Assembly (NCBI GenBank): GCA_051362555.1
Contig: CM120641.1
Location: 42,786,401 to 42,850,400 of the forward strand
Source: Lingula anatina
Lineage: Eukaryota > Animalia > Brachiopoda
DNA length: 64,000 nt
Reading direction: 5' to 3'
The notes under the pieces were generated by a model that had not been told where the DNA came from, ran no database searches, and worked only from the letters and a program-made list of their open reading frames with translations. Positions within the stretch are counted from its first letter, which is position 1; each line of letters begins with the position of its first letter. Shown piece after piece: positions 14,101 to 26,700 of this stretch. The translations under genes were made by a program, and so were the position numbers.

Positions 14101-16051
14101 TTTTTTTGCCTTTTTTTAGGAAACGGACAATGCCATTATGTACAGTAATAGGATACAGTCAGTTAGTTCCTCTAGTGAAAGACACAGACCTCCTTCCAGC
14201 ATAATTTCAAGAGGGCGGGCACTAATGCTGCCATTTGATTGCGTTTTGCACAAGCATGCAACAGTAGCCAGAGAATTTCAACGTAAAGGGCACAATGTGA
14301 TAGGACGAGTACATGTTGTGCATGGCAATTTCACCATACACATGAACATGTTCAAGGACAAGAATTACAGGTGCAGCCAGTGATGGGTATATTGAGAAAG
14401 AAACAGAGAGAGAAAGAGAGAAACAAAAGTGACAGATTCTGCTGTCACAATTTCTTTTCAATATTAGATAATTATGTATAAAAGTTATACACATTACAAC
14501 TTTCATTTGTCATTAAATTCATCATAAACCCAGACTACACAGTGCAGATCACTGAAAGTTATCAATATTCAAACTCTTTTCTTTATTTTCTTTTTAAGGA
14601 TTCCAATTGTGCAATTTCCATATTTTGTTGCTTTTGGGGATACCGTGTTTTGGTCAGTTAAACTAGCGACGTCAGATCAAAATCTGAAGCTCATAGTCCA
14701 GATGTGTGAAGCCACTCCTTTTCCTTCGAGGACGTACCCTACCAAATATTTTTTGGTCAAGGACAGGTAAGCATTTTGTCATCAAAAGAAGCTCAAAAGT
14801 TAATTGATACACCTTGGCTAACAACCATAAAAATGGCTGTTTTGAAGTTTCTAGACAGAAGAGACTTTGACTTCAAATTCTGGTGTTTCAAAACTAATAG
14901 CCGTTAACAACATCATGTGTAAATATAAAATATAATTTCCAAGTAAGTAACTGAAAAGAAAGTGTCATATAATCAAATAGGCCTATTGTCATTTTCAGGT
15001 GTCCTACCGATCCAACACTCCACATTCAGTCTGCCAGCCCCAAGGAAGTTAAACTGGACTTTGAGGTTTTTGAATTCATTCGTAAGATTGGCCTTGTTTA
15101 CGTGTACTGCGATGTCACAATTTGTACGTCCGAGGATACATCTCCACACTGCTCACAAGAATGTTCATCTACCAGTGGCGCACCACCAACAGAGGGCAGC
15201 AGTGGACATCAGCTAAAGCGACGTGAAGCAAACCATAAACACACTGCTCTCAATCACTATGATCTTTACACTGGACCACTTGTTTATCGGGAAAAAACTT
15301 CAAAGGGTAAGTTTTTTTGTGGAGACTGTGAGGCAATTTTGTAAACCATAATATATTATCATTTTGAATTGAATTGGGATTAATTAATATGTACAATACC
15401 AGTAATACGCGAGAACACTGTCCACATAATAGCTTCCCATTCCCATACCTAGATCGATCTAGCAGGATCTCCGAGGAGATTCTTGCTACATCGCATTGAG
15501 CTTAAGCAGCTGCGATGTCTGGTATTCCTACTGAAGCTGTTAGGGGGTAACTAAATATTGTTTAGCAGCTTCTGTAGGTGTGCAAGACATCTAAGCTGCT
15601 TAAGCTGAATGCAATTTAGCAAGAATCACCTCAGAGATGGGTCGATCCTGCTAGATTGATCTAGGTATGGGAAAGGGGTCTTAGTGTTTCTAACAAGTTA
15701 AGGCATAATAAGCAGTTAACGAGCTGTACAAAATCTCTAAATTCCATGCACATATAACTGCTATTGTGAGTGTGAGTGTGAATGCATGTAAGAGCACTGA
15801 AGGTTGATAACAGACAACTTTCAGGCTTCCATCGTACCAGTAATAAACTTCTCACTCTGTATAAACTACAATTCAGTTGCATTAATATTTTTCTAGTCGA
15901 TCCGCAGTCAAGCTCAAAATTGACTGTTGCCGCATCTAAACCAGAGAATGGTCTGGAGATACCTTGGCCTGCAGTGATCCTGGTGGCTATTGCCCTGGTG
16001 GCTCTTTTGGTGGCAGTGGCACTGCTTCTCTTCGTCAGTAAGAAAAAATAG
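10680..16051 (+). CDS. Type I membrane protein: signal peptide, IgGFc-binding N-terminal domain, acidic DDDGDG motif, two Cys/HYR-like modules, ZP domain, furin site, TM
   Basis: Exons 10680-10755 (MVSAKPRIFAAALCVLIAVQTAAGS), 11300-11437 (PDNKGTEF), 11711-13474 (CDHLVEQIPP, DPFMQIIPP, ESYGYPGG), 13742-13938, 14120-14370, 14599-14766, 14999-15306 (YVYCDVTIC..CSQEC..LKRR), 15897-16051 (TM, KKK). All GT-AG with matching phases. Confidence 0.85.
10855..11070. mobile_element. Palindromic MITE (family A, CTAGATCGATC-type), partly degenerate
   Basis: Self-complementary arms (CCATCTCCAAGGGG...CCCCGTGGAGATGG); core CCTACTGAAGCTG..GGGGGTAA shared with 15436-15678. Confidence 0.7.
11122..11173. repeat. 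(CT)n(CA)n microsatellite
   Basis: Direct reading. Confidence 0.95.
15436..15680. mobile_element. Palindromic MITE (family A), PIF/Harbinger-like
   Basis: TIR TTCCCATACCTAGATCGATCTAGCAGGATC ... GATCCTGCTAGATTGATCTAGGTATGGGAA; internal arms also complementary; TTA flank on the right. Confidence 0.8.
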
Positions 16052-17729
16052 ACCATGGATCATTTCCAGCAGAGATAGGGCAAGATACCAGTGAGCCACT
16101 CTCTTAGCAAGGTTAAATCTGAGGTACCTTTGTTAAAAACTTACACCAAAAGCGTGCATCAAAACAGGATTGTTTAGTCTACATTTGTAGCTTATATAGA
16201 CTGTGTACTGTTCTAGGATTTTTTCAATAGACAAAGGTTAGACAATGTTACTCTATTGGGTATAGCTCATTTAATCTGCCATAAACCTTTTGTTTCTATT
16301 GGGAAGATCAAAGAGACTCACTGGACCAGTTTCCACAAAGTCGACATTTTCAAACCATGTAGTACTTAGGTATCTTTCTTGCTACAACCATGGACCACAG
16401 AAATTGGATTGCTCCATTACAAAGGTGTCATCTAAGCCATTTTTTTTGCCTCGGGCAGTTTTGTCAGAGCTTGGATAATTTTTGAAGGCCATTGTATTTT
16501 ATGTTATTCCCAACACCTTTGCAGAGATGATTTTCACTCAATGAAGATTGCTGCAAACTAGTTTGTTGTAATCTTACATATTCAGCAAAAGAAATTAGTC
16601 TGTTGTGTTGGTATTCATACAGTTTCTCATCATTGCAAGCTCATAATTCTTTATCAGATTCATTTAGTGCACTGTGAAGTAACAAATACTTAGGTAGATT
16701 CATGTCGATTCATGTAGTTTATTACCCATTTTGTAGAATATTTCTTTTGTCTGTATATCTGTTGTGATTACACCAGTAAATCCCAATAATTCTCTATTTG
16801 TATTTCCATTAAGTTTACTTCATGCTTTGTTGCAGTATCATTTACTAATAGGTGTAGAAGCAAAGATTGTTGTTTGTATAACTGTACATACTGTAAAAAA
16901 CTTTGTCAAAATTTGAAATGCAATTTTTTCTCTAGTTTCAGATATTACTGAAGTAGATATTGATATTTGCTATTGGTATGCCTCTGCTATTTCCATTTTC
17001 TGAAAGTGGAGGTTAGCTTCTACTTATATCTTTGGGATGAAGAAAAAATCAAATTAATGGACAGTTTCAAAATGAAAGAAAACCCAAAGATCCGTATTTT
17101 AAGAGATATTCACTCTTAAACACTGCAAGCATGGCTCTTGAAATATATTTTTATTTGGAATTTTTCTATAGATATGTTGAAAGAAATTGCACTGTTGACA
17201 AGCTTTAAAGCCCACTGAACATTACACTTTCAGACTCTAAATGAATATATTACTATTACCATTACATAATCTCTGATATCTAGAGTGAGAAAATTGAATT
17301 ACCAGACAGTTTCCCAAAATTTAAGAAAGACTGATAATTGAACATTTAAAAAAAGCTCTAAAATCTGTAAATGAAGAAAAAATCTTTAAACACTGAAAAG
17401 TATAGTTAGTATAGTTTGTGTCTCTACTTGTAAATGATTTTTATAAACTGTAAAGTCATCAATAATTATGAAAGACCAATTCTCTCTCAATGAATGTAGC
17501 AAACAACAGTTATTGGAATGGACACTGGTAATTTCTAAGTACACATAAGATCAATGATGTTTGGTTACAAATGTTTTTAACATTTTCATTACATTAAATG
17601 ATTTTCATCTAAATATATTAAATGTTACAAATACTACCATTTTATAGAGATAAAAATAATATCACAGTCAACAGCCTCCTCACTATGAACTGTATGTGCT
17701 AATTAAAGGGACTGTTAAACATTTGAGTT

Positions 17730-20700
17730 CTACCTGGGCAACATGTCTTCCAAATCAGCTGTAACATAGGCCATCACAGCCCACACTGCAGAGCATAGAT
17801 CTAAACTATGGGAGTTCAAGACTGTCATTGTGTCACCTGAAACATGTTGAAAATTCAATGAACATTTTCTTGTAATCACTGGAGAATTTGGATGAAATGT
17901 AAATAAATACTGTTGATTATCAGTTATTTTATAGTAGGAGTGGCGCTGAAGTCCATATTTAGCTTGTATAGGATGTGTGATCTGCATGATATCCACAGAG
18001 ACTAAAGGAGAAAAAAATTCACGATAAAATTACATTTTTATAAAATTTCAAAAGGTGTACAAAACCTCAAATATTCTACTCTTTTTCATTACTAAAATCA
18101 CTGTGACAAAGCTGAATATGAAGCAATAAAGATGCAGATTCAAAGGTGAATCTACTTCAGAAATTACCTCTTTTTTAAACTCTTTCACTATATTACTTAT
18201 GATGCCTTACTTTCCCCTCACCAATTTTTCATATGTATCACTTGACAACCCAAATTTAGTAATTATGTAATTCATCATTAAACAATTTTATGCAACATTA
18301 AAAAATTGCAATCAAACTGACGAAAGATGATAGTGCATTACATTATACTATGACACCCCTGGCTTACCATTAGAATGATGAAAAAAGAAATATTTGTCAT
18401 TCTGTGTGTCAATGCTTGCGCCTGGAACATTGGACTGTGTCTGCCACTGGCTGACATCTCCACCATCAACTTTGTCTTTGAAGCGGGTTACCTTTGAGGC
18501 ATTGATGGGTTTCAGCAGGCTAGCCACCTTCTCCATTATTACTGCTGCAGAGTCACTGCCTACAATAATAATTATTCCAGTTTCTCATATACCCATTACT
18601 TGAAACAAATAATATCTTGAGATTCCCAAAAATGTGTGAAAATAGCTTACACTCTTGATACTGCAGTAATTTATCCAACTGAACCAGACAAATGTTAAAC
18701 AGTGATGCTGTCAAATCTATAACTGTGACATTGTTGTTCTTATCCATATATGAGCATTATATGTGCAGTCAGCCATGGCACCTCATAGTAGCATCCTAAT
18801 TAAAATGTGCTGGTATATTCAGCAAATGTTGAAAACACACAGACACACACACACACAAACACCAGTCATGTTAACATGTACATTACAGTCTTATTTTTAA
18901 GTGACTTAAAGATAGCTATGTAAAACAGAAATAAACATTCTTTCAGTAATGACAGCATATGAAGCAACACCATAAGACGGAAAATATTTCTTACCATGAA
19001 ACTGTATGCCAGTTGGGGTAAATGTGCCCAGGTCAGATTCCATTACAATATCATATTTGCTGGCATTGACCTGAAAGCCAGAGAGACTGGATAGAGAAAG
19101 AGTAATTTAGTCTAAAGAAAACTGTTCAATATGATTTTAAAATCAAAAGGGACAGGTATCAAAACAAAAATATGTGCTCAGAAGTTAAAAACGAATGACA
19201 TATTATAAACCAACCAACACATAGTCACCCAAAGTAACTGATGATATACACCTTGATTACAATATTGTATGAATACAATCTTTACATTAAATATAGCTGA
19301 ATGCCATCATATTAACGCGTGGTGTTGAGTAGAATAGAGACAAGGTGGTGATTATATGAGTACATTGGAAATAAGGGCTGTATTAATTAATTAATTAATT
19401 AATTAACTAAATAATCTGATTGCATTCAGTAAAAGTCCCTGTGGAGCTGGAATAATCTATGTAAATTACTAAAACATTAATTTCATAAAATCCTTGGGAA
19501 GGAGCCTTAAGACTATTTTTGTAACTGAATGTATGCCACATAAGTGTAGTGATATCCTAGAGATGAAACTCATCTTTCTATGAAGGTCCTTGTGTGTAAT
19601 TTGTGTATATTTGAGTTTTTCAGCTAAGGTTAAAATGAAACTTTGTAACACAAAGTCTGTGCCTGTCTCAGTGGAATTATGGTGAAAACCTGAATAGGAA
19701 CCTGTTCTCAAGAGTCTCACCTTGTGTGTGTTGTAGTAAGCTTGCCCTCCTATCACTCCTTCTTCCTAGAATTTATTATGAAAATGTTATAATTCAGTTA
19801 CTGCCATAGAAAAATTAGCAAATGTATGTAGATCATTCTAGGGTACCAGCTTTTGTCAATGTTAGTGAAGACTGTAAGCAGAAAATCAGGTTTTGGAAAC
19901 TGTATTCCATGCTGACATAATGCCATAGCGATCTGATCTGGATGGGTTCATGCCATTGGCCATTGCCAAAGTGTTATGGTTTGGGCAGGCATTAATAGCA
20001 ATTTTCAGATAGTACTCATGGTGATTGCAGTGACTGGTGGAAATGTGGAAAATGTGGACATCATATCATGGTTGTCTCATTTGGACAGGGGTCTTGCCAT
20101 TGACCACTGCCATGGGCACAATGTTATGGTTTGGGCAGGCATGAGTGGCAATTACCAGAAAGAACTCATGGTGATTGCAGTGACTGATGGAAATCTGACA
20201 GACTAGAGGTACAGAGATAAAGTCCTGAGGGTAGCTGTTATGCTAATGATTCATCAATACCCACATTGAACTGATATTTTGTACTTTCTTTATGTGTTAT
20301 ACGTATCTCTCAGCAGTTTCCATAACCTCATTTGAACAGCTATGCAATTGCTCATGCAAATTTCTTGTCCAAAAATTAACCCGTCTTCCCTCCAGTTTAA
20401 AAAGTCTTTTAAGTCAAGTAGCACTGCATGCACATAGTATAATCATCCCCCCCCCCCAATGTATTGATGTAATAGGAAAAGAGAGAATACCACAGGGATT
20501 ATGAAATTTATTAATTTCATTTATATCATATTTCCCTATCAGAAAAAAACAACACAATTTCAAAGTTCCTGGTTTAATTTTTCTGCCAAAATATCTTTTA
20601 AATATTATAATACTATTTTTCAAATATATACAAAAACACCCTTGTCAAAATTATGCCATTTTTGATTTAACATGCTACAAATATTTCAGTGTGCTTCTCT

Positions 20701-23700
20701 TAAGTTTCCACAAAGCTACTGAAAGAAGAGCATAAGCAGTAATGAGCAAACAGCTAACTGCCACCTTGTGAGCAATGACATCCAGCAAAAAGCATCAAAC
20801 ATTACAGATGGAATGCCAATAATATTACTCTATTCTGTAAATAGAGACAATAACCCTTCTCAAAATTATGCAGTTTTATATTTAACCTGCTGAAAATATT
20901 TTTTTATGCATCTCATTAGTTTCCACAAAACTATTGCAAGAAGAATATAACCAGTAATGCGCAAACAACCAACTGCCACTTTGTAAGCAATGACATCCAG
21001 TAGGAAGTACTGATACCAGTTTAAACTATAAGCTGCTTGGGAATGAAAGTGAAGAGGTCCATTGTGACGCATGGTGTAGTTGAGCCAAAATAAGAGTTCT
21101 TCCTGTCCTGACATAGGAGTGTCTCGCAAAATTAGTGAAATCTTCTTTGCATTTTCTTTGTAAGATTTCTTATTCAAGACCTTCCCAATGACATTTTCTA
21201 ACTTAGTTTCAGTAAGGGTTAGATAATCGAGGGGCACCCCAACTTGAACACGATCAGTCAATTTTCTAGCATGTTGGCGCTGATCCCAAAAGAGAGGAAC
21301 GGCCACCACAGGCACTGCATGGTACAGGGTCTCCCACATGCTGCTAACTCCACAGTGGGTGATGAACAGTTTAGTGGCTGGGTGGGCAAGAAGATCATTC
21401 TGTGGAAACCACTTTACCAGATAAGTATTGTTGCCTAGTGACTTTGGAGCTTTTCCATCATGGCGCCAAATTACCTTCTGGGGAAGCTTAGCAAAAACTC
21501 TGGCAAACACTTCTGCTTTTTCTTCTTCCAAATGTGGCACAATAGTTCCAAAGCTTAGTAGAATAACCCCATGAGTAGCAGTTGTAACAATGTCATTGAA
21601 AAACTTGGGCAGAGGTTTTGCTGGTGTCCAGAGGAGTCCAGAGATAGGTTTCACATGGGGCATGACTGGTCTGGGGTAATCTAAGGCAAAATGAACATTT
21701 GCAGCAATCATAAGAGAAACCCTCTCATATGCATGCTTCATGTGTGGAATATTTTCCTCTGGAAGATACTTTAATCTTAGGCCTTCTGCATAATCCATCT
21801 TATCATCCAGCCAACTTTTAATACTTTGTTCCACCTCATAATTGTGCAACCGTTCCCAAAAGTCCATATGGTCAGAGAGTCCAGTAGGAATGTTAGGGAT
21901 GAATGAATAAAACATTGGTTGATGAAAAATATTCCAAAAATTCCAAAAGCCATGATTCCAACTAGAGGATCAGAGAGGCGATACCGCCTCTGGATATTGT
22001 ACCACCAGCTGGAGTAAGCGCATTCGTATGGACCCCCCCCAAAAAAAAAAAAAAAAAAAAATGGACACCACCACCAGTCTTGTGCTTGACAAGCTCTATA
22101 AAATGCAATAAACAAGAGTTCTCAAAATATGAAAAAAAAAAATCAAAAAAACATAACAGTTAAAATGGTCCAATCAAGGAGATGTATTTTCCTAACACTG
22201 ATCACTCCTGTGATTTTCTAGACAATAGGCCTATTGGTTTTCCTTGAAATGCATTATCAGTAATGCATATACCGGAATGCTGACAAAAGAGAAAACCTAG
22301 GGACAACACTGGGCAGATCTCTGCTAGTTTTGAAGATATGAAGGGCAAGAAAATATGCAGAGTTCAGTTTGAGGTAAAAAAGTAGGTCAAAGGACAATTT
22401 CAAGGTCACAGTATATGACTTCCTATATAAGTTTAATAATAGCTATGGGCATTTCTTTGCCAATGTTGGAGATATGACGGCCAGGAAACATGCAAAGTGC
22501 AGTTCATCATAAAAAGTAGGTCAAAGGTCAATTTCAAGGTCACAGTAAAATTGCCAGTATATGACTTCCTATTCAAGTTCAATAGTCACTTTGGACCTAT
22601 CTCTGCCAGTTTTCGAGATATAAGGGATAGAAAATTTGCAAAGTTCAGTTCATGTTGAAAAGTAGGTCAAAGGTCAATTTTAAGGTCACAATAAGAATGC
22701 CAGTATATGACTTCCTATTCAAGTTCAACAGTAACTATGGGTGTATCTCTGCCAGTTTTGGAGATATAAAGGCTGGAAAATTTGCAAAGTTCAGTTCATG
22801 GTGAAAAGTATGTCAAAGGTCAATTTAAAGGTCACAGTTAGATTACCAGTATATAACTTCCTATTAAAGTTCAATAGTAACTATGGGTGTAACTCTGCCA
22901 GTTTTGGAGATATAAGGGCTAGAAAATTTGCAAAGTTCAGTTCATGGTGAAAAGTAGGTCAAAGGTCAATTTAAAGGTCACAGTTAGATTACTTGTATAT
23001 AACTTCCTATTCAAGTTCAATTGTAACTATGGGCATATCTCTGCCAGTTTTGGAATATTTAACATTTTCCCCACTGAATATTCATGTTGATTCACCGTAT
23101 AGATCTTGGTAATAATAGAAGTATAAATATTTTGATGCATCTAGAAAGATCTACATAATAGTTGTTGAATACAGTCCGAGCTTTCGGCCCCTGGGCCTTC
23201 TTCGGGGAATATGAACAAAAAGTAAAAAAACGTAAAAAAACAAACTCCATGGATACGTGACGTCGGTGATGTGTTGAAGACATGCGGTGGTCCAAAAGCG
23301 TGCTATACGTAAACAACGTCAAAATTACGTAACAAAGAAAAAAAATCAATACTCATTTAAAAAACCATTATCCCTATTGAGTCCATTATTCAAGGTGTTT
23401 AGTGTTCTTATAAATTTCTGTTCGGCGATCCGTCTTTGTCTAGTGTCGTTTAAGTTTCCTTTTAGAACGGTGACAGTGATGTCATTAACTGAGTGGTTCG
23501 GCGTGTTGAAGTGCTGTCCCACTGGTACGAAAAGGTTTTTGTTGTTAACAGTGCAGCGGTGGTGTCTAATTCTGTCTTTTAATTTCTGGCTTGTTTCTCC
23601 GACGTACATTTGATGGCATTTTTTACATCTTATCAAGTAGATGACGTTCTGAGAGTCGCAGGTGTATTTTCCCCTAGGGATGAGTGTCTTGCCTCCCGGA

Positions 23701-26700
23701 GTGATGATGGGGTTGTTAATAATACACGGGCAGAGAAGGCACCTTCTGTTGTTGCAAGGAAATGTGCCCGTAACGCCAAGGCTGTTATTGTTAACCAGGA
23801 GTTTTTTCAGATTAGGGGGCTGTCTGAAAGAGACGATAGGTGGAGAAGGAAAAATGTCTTTGAGCGTAGTGTCGGAGTCAAACATATGCTGCAAATCCCG
23901 CGCTATCCTTTTAAGGTGGTAAAGGGCGGGATTAAAGGTAACTACTAAAGGGACCCTTTCGTGGGTGTCCTTTCTTTGGTATTGGAGAAGATCTTTTCTT
24001 GGGATTCTATTAGCTTTACCCATGGTTTCTTTGATCATTTGTGTGTCATACTGCCGTCTTTCAAAAAGCTTTTGCAAATCTGTAAGCTGTTCACTCTTCT
24101 TTTCGGGTTCCGAGTTGATTCTATTATATCTTAAGGTCTGGCTAAACACAATGGATTTTTTGATGTGTGAAGGGTGAAAGCTGGTGGGATGTAGGTAGGC
24201 CGAGCGGTCCGTAGGTTTCCGATATACACATGTAGCCAGTCTATTGTTTTTTATAAAGACAGTTGTATCCAGAAAGTTTTGTTGTATGTTGGAATAGTTA
24301 AGAGTGAGGCGTATCGACGGGTTTTCATTATTAAAAAGCTCTACAAATTTTTTGAGGTCATCTTCTCCGTGTGTCCATATAAGGAAAATGTCGTCAATGT
24401 ATCGGACGTAGAATGTGGGTTGTTTTTGGGTCTTGCCTAGGACAGATTCTTCTAAGTTAGCCATAAACAGGTTTGCGTATTGAGGGGCCATTCTTGTGCC
24501 CATGGCCGTTCCTTTTACCTGCAAAAGAAACTCGTTTTCCTTGTCGAACTGGAAATAGTTGTGATTAAGTATGAAATCAGTAAGTTTTGTGATTGAATCA
24601 GGCTGAAGTTCGGTCTTATGTTTACTATTTCTTAAAGAATTTTCAAGTGCTTGGATACCATCTTGATGTGGTATGTTAGTATAAAGGGCTACTACGTCCA
24701 TGGTAACTAAAAGCGTATTATCGGGTAAATTTTCTACCATTTGGATCTTTCTTAGAAAGTCGGTAGTGTCCTGGATAAAACTCTTAGTATCCCTGACGAT
24801 AGGTTTAAGATCTCTATCAATTAACCCTGATATGCTTTCTGTAAGTGTGCCGATGCCAGAGATGATGGGTCGTCCGGGATTTCCTTCCTTATGGATTTTA
24901 GGCAAGATGTAAAAAATACCAGGTTTAGGATCAGTCGGTATCATTTTAGTCAGAAGCTGTTGGTCATTGTGTGGAAGCCCCTTAATGAGTTGATTCAGCT
25001 CTTTTTTGAAAGCGTTAGTAGGATCCGTATTGAGGTAGGAGTAGTACGCTTTGTCATTTAGTTGGCGGTATACTTCTGTGTTGTAGTCAGTTTTGTCCAT
25101 GATGACTGTAGCTCCGCCTTTGTCTGCTGGTTTGATGACGATATTTTTGTTTTCTTTGAGGGAGCGTATTGCCTGGCGTTCCTTGAAAGATAAGTTATAC
25201 AAGGACTTAAATTGTTTTCCCAGGATGTTGGACCTCATTCGGTGACGAAAACTTTCGATGTATCGATCCAGTTTACTGTTCCGGCCAGGTGGTGGAGTCC
25301 AGTTTGAAGTTTTCTGTTTCGTGGTGAGGTTCTGTATATCTTGATGGTTGTCTTCTTTATTGTGGAAATATTCTTTGAGGCGTAATCTTCTGAAGAAATC
25401 TTCCATGTCTCCGCAGGTTTGGATAAAATCAAGTTTTGTTGTCGGGCAAAAGGATAGACCCTTGTTAAGTACGGATAATTCTTCTGTTGAAGGTCTGTAT
25501 GTAGATAGGTTGACTACAGTGCTAGTAGACGGTACGCTCTCGTCTTCTGAGATTCCCAGCGAACGTAATTTTTTACGCTTATTTTGGAGGTGGCGTGCGA
25601 TCTCCTTGTTGTATAGCTCTTTAATTCTGGTTTCAAGAGGATCTTGGGAATTAGTAATCATAGACTCTACTAGGGTTTCTATTTCTTGTTTAATCTTATT
25701 CCTGGTGTTGTATAATACATGAGTGAGGTGGTTACGTAATCTTGCTGCCGTTTTTAGCATGAGTTTTTCAGAAAATGAGGTCTTATACGTGTTCTGAAGA
25801 GGGTTCTTGATCCTAAGACCTTTGGGTATAATATTGTTCTTTTTGCATTTGGAAAGGAAAAAGATATCAGAATCAAGTTTGGCCTTCTTACTTACGTATC
25901 GTAGAAGTTTGATGTGTTCCGGTGTGTTACGATGCTGGTTGTCACTTTGAGGATTCATGTTGATTCACCGTATAGATCTTGGTAATAATAGAAGTATAAA
26001 TATTTTGATGCATCTAGAAAGATCTACATAATAGTTGTTGAATACAGTCCGAGCTTTCGGCCCCTGGGCCTTCTTCGGGGAATATGAACAAAAAGTAAAA
26101 AAACGTAAAAAAACAAACTCCATGGATACGTGACGTCGGTGATGTTTATGGCTAACTTAGAAGAATCTGTCCTAGGCAAGACCCAAAAACAACCCACATT
26201 CTACGTCCGATACATTGACGACATTTTCCTTATATGGACACACGGAGAAGATGACCTCAAAAAATTTGTAGAGCTTTTTAATAATGAAAACCCGTCGATA
26301 CGCCTCACTCTTAACTATTCCAACATACAACAAAACTTTCTGGATACAACTGTCTTTATAAAAAACAATAGACTGGCTACATGTGTATATCGGAAACCTA
26401 CGGACCGCTCGGCCTACCTACATCCCACCAGCTTTCACCCTTCACACATCAAAAAATCCATTGTGTTTAGCCAGACCTTAAGATATAATAGAATCAACTC
26501 GGAACCCGAAAAGAAGAGTGAACAGCTTACAGATTTGCAAAAGCTTTTTGAAAGACGGCAGTATGACACACAAATGATCAAAGAAACCATGGGTAAAGCT
26601 AATAGAATCCCAAGAAAAGATCTTCTCCAATACCAAAGAAAGGACACCCACGAAAGGGTCCCTTTAGTAGTTACCTTTAATCCCGCCCTTTACCACCTTA

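Noticed and set aside
22315-23053. CRISPR-like array
   Set aside because: Contiguous 146-bp units without unique spacers, eukaryotic context, no cas genes.
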